Shown here piece after piece: positions 16,752 through 24,000 of a stretch of DNA of 24,000 nucleotides. The position numbers and the translations under genes were made by a program. Numbering within the stretch: position 1 is the stretch's first letter; each line of letters opens with the position of its first letter. This stretch comes from Frondihabitans sp. 762G35 (lineage in GTDB: Bacteria; Actinomycetota; Actinomycetes; Actinomycetales; Microbacteriaceae): positions 2,489,002 through 2,513,001 of the forward strand of contig NZ_CP014619.1 in the NCBI RefSeq assembly GCF_002074055.1, given 5' to 3'. A model generated the notes under the pieces. It was not told the origin of the DNA. It saw nothing but the letters and a program-made list of their open reading frames with translations, and made no database searches.

Positions 16752-17444
16752 ATGGTCACCGTCGTTCTGCCCTGGCGTCCCCAGCCCTCCCGCCTCGAGG
16801 CCTTCGAGGCCGTCAGCGCGTGGTACCGCGAGGCGCTGCCCGACGCCGAGGTCGTGACGGTCGACTCCGACGACGACGTCTTCAACCTGGCGCGCTGCCG
16901 CAACCTGGGGATCCGGCGGATCGACGACCCGTCGGAGGTCGTGGTCATCGGCGACGCCGACACCGTGCCCCAGCGCGCGGCCCTCGTCGAGGCGATCGAC
17001 GCGGCCCGCGACTCCGACCTGGTGCACCTGCCGTACACGCGGTACCACTGGCTCGGCCGGGAGGGCACGGCGTCCTACCTCGCCGGGGTCGCCCCGGAGG
17101 AGTGCGCGTACGAGCTCGTCCGCGGCGCCTGCTCGGGCGTCTACGTGACGACTCCCCGCACCTGGTGGAAGCACGGCGGCCAGGACGAGCGCTTCCGAGG
17201 CTGGGGCTTCGAGGACGCCGCCTGGTACGTCGCCCACGAGACGCTGCTCGGCGAGCCGCCGAGGCGCCACGAGGGGATCGTCTTCGCGCTCCACCACGAG
17301 ACGCAGCTCCGCGAGGGGCCGCAGTACGACGCGAACGCCGCGCTGATGCAGCGCTACCGCGACGCGTCGGTCGACCGCGACGCCATGGAACGCTTCGTGT
17401 TCGGCGACGACTCAGCGGCGCGGAACGACGTCACCGCCTCGTAG
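16752..17444 (+). CDS. GT-A fold glycosyltransferase (GT2 / galactosyltransferase-C-terminal-like)
   Basis: 230 aa. Begins VTVVLPWRP, with NLARCRNLG, the DxD-like GDADT and RFRGWGFEDAAW (the GWGxED motif). Confidence 0.7.
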   Translation: MVTVVLPWRPQPSRLEAFEAVSAWYREALPDAEVVTVDSDDDVFNLARCRNLGIRRIDDPSEVVVIGDADTVPQRAALVEAIDAARDSDLVHLPYTRYHWLGREGTASYLAGVAPEECAYELVRGACSGVYVTTPRTWWKHGGQDERFRGWGFEDAAWYVAHETLLGEPPRRHEGIVFALHHETQLREGPQYDANAALMQRYRDASVDRDAMERFVFGDDSAARNDVTAS

Positions 17445-18721
17445 GCGCGCTCCCGGCCCGGGACCCTCCGTAACGACTCCCCCAGGGCGTCGAGCCGACG
17501 GGTCGACTCCGGGTCGCGGTCGAGCACGCGCCGGAGGGCGTCGGCGAGGTCGTCGACGGTCGCCTCGTTCGGCGCGAGGGCGATGCCCGTGCCCGCGCTC
17601 TCGAGCGCCGCGGCTCCGGCGAACTGGTCGGTCGAGAACGGCAGGACGACGACGGGCACTCCGTACGTCGTCGCCTCGGTGACGCTGTTGTTGCCGCCGT
17701 GGGTGACCGCGGCTGCGGCGGAGCCGAGCAGGCGCACCTGCGGCAGGAACTCCCGCACGAGCCACGACTCCGGGATCTCGCCCAGGTCGGCGCGGTCGGC
17801 GGAGCCCGAGGCGATGGCGGCGCGCACGCCCACGAGGCGCAGGGCTTCCACGACCTTCGCCACGACGTCGGAGCGGACGGACAGGAAGCTGCCGAAGCTG
17901 ACGTAGACGAACGGGGCGTCGGACGACCGGAGCCAGGCGTCGACCTCGGGGTCGGCGGGCTCGTCGCGCGCGGCCGAGCCGAGGAAGGCGTGCGGCGGGA
18001 GCAGCGCGACCCGGGCCGGGTCGGCGAGCTCCCCGGGGTAGTTGAGCAGGAGGAGGTCGCCGTGCTCCTCGAACGCGGACGTCGACGGCGGGGCATCGGG
18101 CGCCAGCTCGGCGAGCGCCGCGTTCCACTCGGCCGTGAAGGACGCGCTCACCCGGTCGCAGAGCTCGCGGAGGGCGTCGAGCTCGGCGGGATCGGGACGG
18201 AAGGCCTCGGGCCACGCCGGCGGGTAGCCGTAGACCTCGTCGCCCACGGGCAGCGCCGTCGGGTGCCCGAGGACCACGTCGGCGTAGGGGATGCGGGCGG
18301 CGGTGAGCGCGAGCCGGGCGCTGAAGGCGAGGTGGTCGACGATCACGTGGTCGGCCCCGACCTCCTCCACGACCCGGAGGACGGCCCGCGCGGTCTCGAC
18401 CGGCTGCCACATCAGGTCGGTGAGCCGCTCGGCCGCCTGGTAGGCGAGCGTCGGCACCATCCCGCGCCGGGTCGCGTCGAAGAAGCCGCGCAGCGAGTCG
18501 TCCTCCCCCTCGGGCTGCTCCTCGGCGCGGATGACGCCGGGGTTCGACCCTCGGGCGAGCTGCAGGTGCGCCCGCTCGAAGCCGAACGAGCGGACGATCG
18601 AGTCGGTCGCCTCGCCCGTGGCCACGACCACGCGCTCCCCGCGGTCGCGCCAGGCCGTGCCCAGGGTGGCGAGCGGCAGGAGGTGCGAGGCGTAGTCCGG
18701 GCTGATGATGAGCAGCGTCAT
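17354..18721 (-). CDS. GT1-family (UDP-glycosyltransferase / MGT-like, GT-B fold) glycosyltransferase
   Basis: 455 aa from MTLLIISPDYASHLLPL. Nucleotide-sugar signature is THGGNNSVTEATTYGVPVVVLPFSTDQFAGA. Its ATG overlaps the stop of the upstream gene as ATGA (18718-18721). Confidence 0.85.
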   Translation of the reverse strand: MTLLIISPDYASHLLPLATLGTAWRDRGERVVVATGEATDSIVRSFGFERAHLQLARGSNPGVIRAEEQPEGEDDSLRGFFDATRRGMVPTLAYQAAERLTDLMWQPVETARAVLRVVEEVGADHVIVDHLAFSARLALTAARIPYADVVLGHPTALPVGDEVYGYPPAWPEAFRPDPAELDALRELCDRVSASFTAEWNAALAELAPDAPPSTSAFEEHGDLLLLNYPGELADPARVALLPPHAFLGSAARDEPADPEVDAWLRSSDAPFVYVSFGSFLSVRSDVVAKVVEALRLVGVRAAIASGSADRADLGEIPESWLVREFLPQVRLLGSAAAAVTHGGNNSVTEATTYGVPVVVLPFSTDQFAGAAALESAGTGIALAPNEATVDDLADALRRVLDRDPESTRRLDALGESLRRVPGRERAYEAVTSFRAAESSPNTKRSMASRSTDASR

Positions 18722-20883
18722 CGCTGGGCCACGCTCCGGTCGAGGTGCTCGACCTCGTCGCGGTGGACGCCCGCGTAGACGCCGGCCAGGGCCCCCGCCA
18801 TCGCCTGGATCGTGAAGCTGCGCTCGACGGTGGCGCGGGAGCGTGCGGCACGGTCGTCGGACTCCTCCGACTGGGCCCGGTCGAACGCCTCCGCCATGGC
18901 GTCGCGCAGGGACTCGAGATCCCAGGTGCGCGTGGTGAAGCCGGTGTCGCCGTTCTCGACGTAGGTGGCCGGGCCGCCGCCGTCGGGGGCGACCACGATG
19001 AGCCCGGTGCCCATCGCCTCGAGGAGCGCGATGCCGAACTCCTCCTTGAGGCTGCCGCAGACGTAGATCCCGCGCGGGGCGTTGAGCCCCGGCATGCCGA
19101 AGCGGGCCGCTGCGACCCAGCGGGCGACGGTGTCGTTGGGCCGGTGGCCGGGCAGCAGGAGCCCCGCCTCGCGCTGTCCCGTCGCCCCGACGACCTCGGC
19201 CATCAGGTCGAGCTGCTCGCGCTCGTCGGTCGACGGGTGCCGGAGGTTGCCGCCGATCAGGAGGAGGTTCGCGCGGTCGCGGAGCGGGCCGCGGCCCCAG
19301 GCCTCGACGATGGTCGCCATGCCCTTCACGCGGTGGAACCGGCCGACGCTGACCACGAGCGGCAGCGACCGACGCTCCGCGGGGAGGGTCTCGAGCATCC
19401 TGCGGAGTTCGTCGAGGGGCTCGGTCGCCGGCCGGCCCGCCGCGTGGTCGGCCGCTTCGGTGACGGATCGGTCGACGACGCCGAGGTCGATCCCCTCGGG
19501 GACGATCGAGTGCCGTTCCGGGTGGGCCGTGATGTCGATGCCGACGAGCTCGCGCATGTCGGTCTCGAGGGTCGGGCGCGGGAACAGCACCGTGTGGGAC
19601 GCGTTCGAGGCGAGCTGCTGCACCAGACGGGAGCGGAACCAGAAGTGCTCCTGCTCGTCGGTCTCGCCGAAGTTCCAGCGGGTGAGACGGCCCGAGAGGT
19701 CGAGGGACTGGATGACGGCGTGGGGGTCCGGAGCGACGGTGAAGACGACGGGGATGTCGAGCTCGCGCGCGACGTCGGCCGCGGCGAGGCTCCCGACGTC
19801 GGCCATGCGCAGGTGCAGGAGGTCGACGCCTCCGGCCGCCCGGAGCATCCGGCGGATGCCGCGGCGCGCCGCGACGCGGAGCGGCCAGGCGTTGGCGGAC
19901 TGGACGGGCTCCGAGAGGAGCGGGATGCGGCCGTAGACGTGGCCGGCGTCGGCGGAGGCGATCTCCGCGACGCTCTCGAGCGCGCCCGCGACCGACCCGC
20001 GCGACATCGTGATGACCCGCTGGACGGTCGCGCCGTCGACGCCGGGCGTCCGCGCGAGCGCGTCGCCGAGGCGGACGAGGAGGGTGGCGATGCCGCCGTT
20101 GTCGCCCGATCCCGCCTGCGAGAGCTCCGCGTCGATGTCGGCGTGGAGGAAGAGCTGGGCGATCGTGAGGGCGTCCCCGCGGCGGACCGGGATGTCCTGC
20201 CGGGCCGAGAGGTCGACCACGGCGAGGCGGGCCACGTCGGCGAGGTGCGAGTCGCCCGCGGCGAGCTGCTCGAGGACCGCTGCGATCTCGGCGTCGCCCC
20301 GCCGCTGGCCGAGCGCCGAGACGGCGGCGATGCGGACCCGCTCGTCCTCCGCGCGGTCGCGGGCCACGGCGAGGAGCGGCCGGGTGGCGATCGCGCTGCG
20401 GACGAGACCGAGCGTCTCGACCAGGCGGTAGCGCGCGTCCGGGTCGAGGATCCCGAGGAGGGCCCCCTCGATGCCGACGGCGACGTGGCCGGGAGCGGAA
20501 GCCGACCACTGCTCGAGGGTGCGCTGGGCGACCATCGAGGCGAAGCCGCCGCTCGAGACGAGACCGATGAGGCGTCCCATCGTGTCGAAGCGCGGGAGCC
20601 GGGCGCCGAGCGCCTCGGCGGCGTGCTCGCGGAGGAACCCGCGGTCGCTGGAGAGCAGGTCGGAGAGCGCGACGTCGGCCTGGACGTCGAAGACCTCCGC
20701 GAGCGCGTGGGTGGCGGCGATGGCGGAGAGCTGGTCGTCGCCGGCGAACGCGGACTTGAGGACCCGGATCGTGCGCGCGCCGCCGTTCCGCCCCGCGTCG
20801 AAGGCGAGGTCGTCGGCGAGGCGCATCGAATCGACGAGACGATCGGCCTGCTGGACCGCATCGAGAGAGGTCTGGATTCCCAT
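18718..20883 (-). CDS. HEAT-repeat domain fused to a GT4 (sucrose-phosphate-synthase-like, GT-B) glycosyltransferase
   Basis: 721 aa. The N-terminal 230 aa or so carry PBS-lyase/HEAT-like repeats (e.g. REHAAEALGA, ERVRIAAVSALGQRRGDAEI). The C-terminal part has SGDNGGIATLLVRLGDALA, SVGRFHRVKG and the E-x7-E motif EEFGIALLEAM. GGAAAGG lies upstream of the ATG. Confidence 0.85.
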   Translation of the reverse strand: MGIQTSLDAVQQADRLVDSMRLADDLAFDAGRNGGARTIRVLKSAFAGDDQLSAIAATHALAEVFDVQADVALSDLLSSDRGFLREHAAEALGARLPRFDTMGRLIGLVSSGGFASMVAQRTLEQWSASAPGHVAVGIEGALLGILDPDARYRLVETLGLVRSAIATRPLLAVARDRAEDERVRIAAVSALGQRRGDAEIAAVLEQLAAGDSHLADVARLAVVDLSARQDIPVRRGDALTIAQLFLHADIDAELSQAGSGDNGGIATLLVRLGDALARTPGVDGATVQRVITMSRGSVAGALESVAEIASADAGHVYGRIPLLSEPVQSANAWPLRVAARRGIRRMLRAAGGVDLLHLRMADVGSLAAADVARELDIPVVFTVAPDPHAVIQSLDLSGRLTRWNFGETDEQEHFWFRSRLVQQLASNASHTVLFPRPTLETDMRELVGIDITAHPERHSIVPEGIDLGVVDRSVTEAADHAAGRPATEPLDELRRMLETLPAERRSLPLVVSVGRFHRVKGMATIVEAWGRGPLRDRANLLLIGGNLRHPSTDEREQLDLMAEVVGATGQREAGLLLPGHRPNDTVARWVAAARFGMPGLNAPRGIYVCGSLKEEFGIALLEAMGTGLIVVAPDGGGPATYVENGDTGFTTRTWDLESLRDAMAEAFDRAQSEESDDRAARSRATVERSFTIQAMAGALAGVYAGVHRDEVEHLDRSVAQR

Positions 20884-21068
20884 GGCGAGCGCCTTTCCGA
20901 ACGGCCCGAAACGAGGCCTCGACGAAGCGCTCGGCCTCCGACTATAACCGGCCCCGGTGTCGACCGGCAGGGACGCCGGATCCGGTGTTCATCGGGGGTC
21001 TCCCGGGTCGGCTAACGTCGAGTGGTCCGGCGGAGCGTCGGCTCCATCCCACCCTCCCGGAGACCCCT

Positions 21069-22292
21069 GTGCGCGTAGTGACCATCGGCGACGTCGGCGT
21101 GCTCGACGACATGATCCACATCGGCGACGAAGCCATGTTCGAGGAGTTCGTCCGGCAGGTCCGCGAGCGCGGAGCGACCGCCGTCACGGGCGTCTCCGCG
21201 AACCCCGGGGAGACCGCCCGGCGCTACGGGATCGACGCGGTCCCGACCATCGGTTTCGCCCCGAAGCCGCTCGGCGATCGTCCCGGCCAGGAGGACCGGC
21301 TGCGCCGCGTCCTCGACGCGGCGGCCGGCGACCGCACGCGGCTCGGAGACGACGACCCGGCCTGGCGGGTCATCGACGCGATCCGCGACGCCGACGCGGT
21401 CGCCGTCTCGGGCGGCGGCAACATGGCTTCCAACTGGTCCCTCCACATCTTCGAGCGCGCGGCGATCGGCGCTCTGGCGTCTCTCTTCGGAAAGCCCCTC
21501 GTCGTCAGCGGCCAGACCATCGGCCCCGAGCTGTCGAGCGAGGACCGCGTCCTCGTCGGCGGCCTCCTCCGATCGGCGGCGCTCGTCGGCGTGCGCGAGC
21601 GCGCCTCGCTGGCCCTCGTGCAGGGTCTCGGCATCGACGCCGAGCGTCTGAGCGCGACCATCGACGACGCGAGCTTCCTGGGGCAGGAGCCGGCGGGCGC
21701 GGCCCGAGACGAGCATCCTGCGCGCCCCTACTGCGCCGTGTCGCTCTCCACGCACGTCGGCGACGCCGACCGCGACGCCTACGTCACGGGGGTCGCCGCC
21801 CTGCTCGACGCGATCGTCCGGGAGACCGGGCTCGAGATCGTCTTCCACGCGCACTTCGCCTCGCTCGACGCCTCGCTCGAACGCGGCGACTCCGTGATCC
21901 ACCGCGACGTCGCGAGCAGGATGCAGAGCGCGGCCCCGCGCGTCGCCCCCACGTCGACGTCGCACGACTCCGCCCGGCTGGCGAAGAACGCCGACCTCGT
22001 CGTGTCGAGCCGCTACCACCCGGCCGTCTTCGCCGTCGCCGCCGGCGTCCCCACCGTCGGCATCGCCGTCGACGAGTACACGACCGTGAAACTCACCGGC
22101 GCTCTCGGCAACCTCGGCCAGAGCGGGGTGGTGTCGGGGGCCCAGGTCGTCGACGGTTCGGCGATCGTCCCGGCCCTCGCGGTGTGGCGGGAGCACGACG
22201 GCATCCGCGGGAGCCACGCGGCCGCGATCGACGGCATCCGCGCGGCCTCCGACGCGTGGTGGGGCCGCGTCGGGGCGGCGCTCCGGGGCTGA
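21069..22292 (+). CDS. Polysaccharide pyruvyl transferase family protein (CsaB/WcaK-like)
   Basis: Start set at GTG 21069 (VRVVTIGDVG) with GGAGA 6 nt upstream. The 28 codons after ATG 20985 have poor GC3. Motifs include GGGNM and VVSSRYHPAVFA. Confidence 0.8.
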   Translation: MRVVTIGDVGVLDDMIHIGDEAMFEEFVRQVRERGATAVTGVSANPGETARRYGIDAVPTIGFAPKPLGDRPGQEDRLRRVLDAAAGDRTRLGDDDPAWRVIDAIRDADAVAVSGGGNMASNWSLHIFERAAIGALASLFGKPLVVSGQTIGPELSSEDRVLVGGLLRSAALVGVRERASLALVQGLGIDAERLSATIDDASFLGQEPAGAARDEHPARPYCAVSLSTHVGDADRDAYVTGVAALLDAIVRETGLEIVFHAHFASLDASLERGDSVIHRDVASRMQSAAPRVAPTSTSHDSARLAKNADLVVSSRYHPAVFAVAAGVPTVGIAVDEYTTVKLTGALGNLGQSGVVSGAQVVDGSAIVPALAVWREHDGIRGSHAAAIDGIRAASDAWWGRVGAALRG

Positions 22293-22308
22293 CCCGAGCC
22301 GCCCGGCG

Positions 22309-23619
22309 TCAGCCGTTCTTCTTGGAGCAGGTCTGCTGCGCGGCCGTCTGACCCGTCACCGACGGCGGCAGCGTCGCCGTGGGCGCGCTGCCGGTGGTGG
22401 CCGGCGTCGTGGGAGCACCGGACGACGGGGTGGCCGGACTCGTCGCCGGAGTCGCGGGGGTCGTGGCGGGGGTCGACGGTGAGGCATCCTGCGCGCCGTC
22501 GCCGGTCGTCCCCGTGAGCTGCAGCGGCGTGTCCTGCACGAGGGCCTGGTTGAGCTGCTGCGCGGCGTAGGTGTTCGGGACGACCCGGTTGACGTTCTCG
22601 GGATCGGTGCCGACCGGGTACTGGAGGAACACCATGTTGGACAGGCCCACCGTCTGGACCGCCTGGAACATGCCGAGGAGCGACTGGGCGTTCAGCGTGT
22701 CGGACGTCGTCATGTTCTCGGTCGCGGCCTTGGCGATCCCGTAGAGCTTGAAGGGGTTGGCGAGGGTCTTCGACGAGACGAGCTGACGAGCCAGCGACGA
22801 CATGAAGACCTGCTGGTTGCTGATCCGGCCGAGGTCGCTGCCGTCGCCGACGCCGTGGCGGCTCCGCAGGAACGAGAGCGCCGTCGGGCCGACCAGGGTC
22901 TGCTCCCCGGCCTGGAGGTCGAGGGCCGGGATGACGTTGTCGTCGACGATCGGGGTCGCCAGGCAGACGGTGACGCCGCCGACCGCGGTCGAGATCGCCG
23001 AGGTGCCGGAGAAGGTCACGGCGGCGGCGTAGGGGATTGTGAGGCCGGTGAGCTGCTCGATCGTCAGGACCGCGCAGGAGAGGCCGTGCGCCTCGTCGCC
23101 GCCGCGGCTGAGGGCCGTGTTGAGCATCGCCTTGCTGCTGGAGTACGACTGCCCGCCGGAGGCGGTGGGGCACGACGGGATCGGGATCTCGAGGTCGCGC
23201 GGGAAGCTCACGACCGAGATGCTCTTATGGTCGCGCGAGATGTGGAGCAGGATGTTGACGTCGTTGTTGCCGGAGCCCGCGCTCGCGGCGGTCTCGCCCG
23301 GGTTCGCGTAGACGCCCTGGCCGCTCCGGGTGTCGGTGCCGATGACGAGCATGTTGACCTCGCCGACCGACTGGCCCTCCGGGGCCTTGGGGACCGGGAC
23401 GGCCGTGCGACCGGGCAGGACCGCGAGGTGGACCTGCGGCTTCGAGCTCGCGAGGACGTCGGCCGTGGCGTAGGCGCCCACGCACGCGGTGCTGAGGACG
23501 CCGACGGCGACCACGACGCCGACGAGGCGGAGGAAGGCGGCGACCGGGTGCGACTTCTTGAGTCGACCGTGCCGCACCTGGGCGGACCGCCCGCTGACCC
23601 TGCTACCGCCGTCTGTCAT
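22309..23619 (-). CDS. LCP (LytR-CpsA-Psr) family glycopolymer-peptidoglycan ligase
   Basis: 436 aa. It has an N-terminal TM anchor, NMLVIGTDTR, ISVVSFPRDL and RSRHGVGDGSDLGRISNQQ, followed by a Pro/Thr-rich C-terminal tail. Confidence 0.9.
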   Translation of the reverse strand: MTDGGSRVSGRSAQVRHGRLKKSHPVAAFLRLVGVVVAVGVLSTACVGAYATADVLASSKPQVHLAVLPGRTAVPVPKAPEGQSVGEVNMLVIGTDTRSGQGVYANPGETAASAGSGNNDVNILLHISRDHKSISVVSFPRDLEIPIPSCPTASGGQSYSSSKAMLNTALSRGGDEAHGLSCAVLTIEQLTGLTIPYAAAVTFSGTSAISTAVGGVTVCLATPIVDDNVIPALDLQAGEQTLVGPTALSFLRSRHGVGDGSDLGRISNQQVFMSSLARQLVSSKTLANPFKLYGIAKAATENMTTSDTLNAQSLLGMFQAVQTVGLSNMVFLQYPVGTDPENVNRVVPNTYAAQQLNQALVQDTPLQLTGTTGDGAQDASPSTPATTPATPATSPATPSSGAPTTPATTGSAPTATLPPSVTGQTAAQQTCSKKNG

Positions 23620-23706
23620 CGAGTCTCCCCGGAAGTCGTGAACATACTTCTTCTCACACTACGGGGTCGGCTGCGCAGGATGCGGTCGATCACGCCCCCG
23701 GTTCGG

Positions 23707-23783
23707 GGGTCGCGGCCGGGTCACGGCCGGGTCGCGGCCGGGTCGCGGCCGGGTCACGGCCGGGTCGCGGCCGGGCCGCAGCC
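23707..23783. repeat. 11-bp tandem repeat (6 full units plus 1 degenerate) upstream of the LCP gene
   Basis: GGGTCGCGGCC and GGGTCACGGCC units start at 23707, 23718, 23729, 23740, 23751 and 23762 in the pattern A-B-A-A-B-A, i.e. a 33-bp unit x2. A degenerate GGGCCGCAGCC unit follows at 23773. Confidence 0.9.
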
Positions 23784-23813
23784 CGGCCGGCAACCCGGCC
23801 GCAGCCCGGCCGG
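23768..23813 (-). terminator. GC-rich hairpins just downstream of the partial minus-strand CDS (putative terminator)
   Basis: Hairpin 23768-23789 has a 9-bp stem CGGCCGGGC/GCCCGGCCG with a CGCA loop. A second, weaker hairpin lies at 23795-23813. The 17-mer GGCCGCAGCCCGGCCGG repeats at 23774-23790 and 23797-23813. Confidence 0.35.
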
Positions 23814-23818
23814 CGCCG

Positions 23819-24000
23819 CTCAGTGGCAGCCGGGCATCGTGCGCTGCACCGTGTCTCCGCAGACGGTGCCGCCGGAGGGCGCCGAGTCGACGACCCGCGT
23901 CGTGACGGACGTCGACTCCATCGCCGTGCCGACGGGCAGCTCCGCCGCCGCCGCGTCGGTGACGATCGTCCGCTCGCCGATGAGGAGGCCCGTCGACGGG
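23819..24000 (-). CDS. 3' end of an unidentified CDS (partial, continues beyond the window)
   Basis: My hand translation of the minus strand gives ...PSTGLLIGERTIVTDAAAAELPVGTAMESTSVTTRVVDSAPSGGTVCGDTVQRTMPGCH*. GC3 is near-uniformly high. The stop TGA is at 23819-23821. Confidence 0.5.

Noticed and set aside
18722-20509. The upstream extension of the GT1 reading frame (1051-aa ORF), and the 756-aa + strand ORF at 18745-21015.
   Set aside because: Both give Arg/Pro-rich translations that overlap the well-supported HEAT-GT4 gene. The GT1 homology begins only at MTLLIISPDY (18721), which is also where ATGA coupling to the upstream stop occurs.
20985-21068. ATG 20985 as the start of the pyruvyl transferase.
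   Set aside because: The 28 extra codons have many A/T-ending codons (GGT, CTA, AGT, CGT, CAT, CCT), unlike the rest of the gene. GTG 21069 has a GGAGA SD and begins the conserved VRVVTIGDVG N-terminus.

Overview
This is a very high-GC window (over 70% by eye). GTG starts are frequent and third-codon-position GC is extreme, which fits an actinobacterial chromosome, possibly Micrococcales or Microbacteriaceae; that assignment is inference only. Most of the long ORFs in the six-frame track are Arg/Pro/Gly-rich shadow ORFs. I support about 24 real CDS.

Gene order:
- sodA (-), divergent from an MhuD-like heme-degrading monooxygenase (+)
- two tandem GAF-ANTAR RNA-binding regulators (+)
- a long C-rich leader carrying an unlisted 29-codon ORF, then an MFS transporter (+)
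- a PatB/MalY C-S lyase (-) downstream of a polar-amino-acid ABC transporter operon (-)
- a divergent metQ-metN-metI methionine importer (+)
- a small membrane protein (+)
- a roughly 460-bp array of alternating hairpin repeats with G-runs
- an alpha/beta hydrolase (-)
- an NRDE/TANGO2-family protein (-), divergent from coaBC (+)
- an LLM flavin oxidoreductase (-)
- a glycan cluster: GT-A (+), GT1 (-), HEAT-repeat-GT4 fusion (-), polysaccharide pyruvyl transferase (+), LCP ligase (-)
- an 11-bp tandem repeat and a partial CDS at the right edge

I found no rRNA, tRNA, CRISPR, transposase, integrase, phage gene or recognisable defence gene.

The items most worth a second look:
1. The structured repeat array at 12.2-12.7 kb.
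2. The HEAT-GT4/GT1/GT-A/pyruvyltransferase/LCP cluster.
3. The twin GAF-ANTAR genes with the C-rich leader and the proline-rich acidic small ORF.
4. The NRDE(TANGO2)-coaBC divergent pair.
5. Several perfect short direct repeats sitting in promoter or 5'UTR positions.

Every functional call rests on motif recognition by eye. I ran no database searches.
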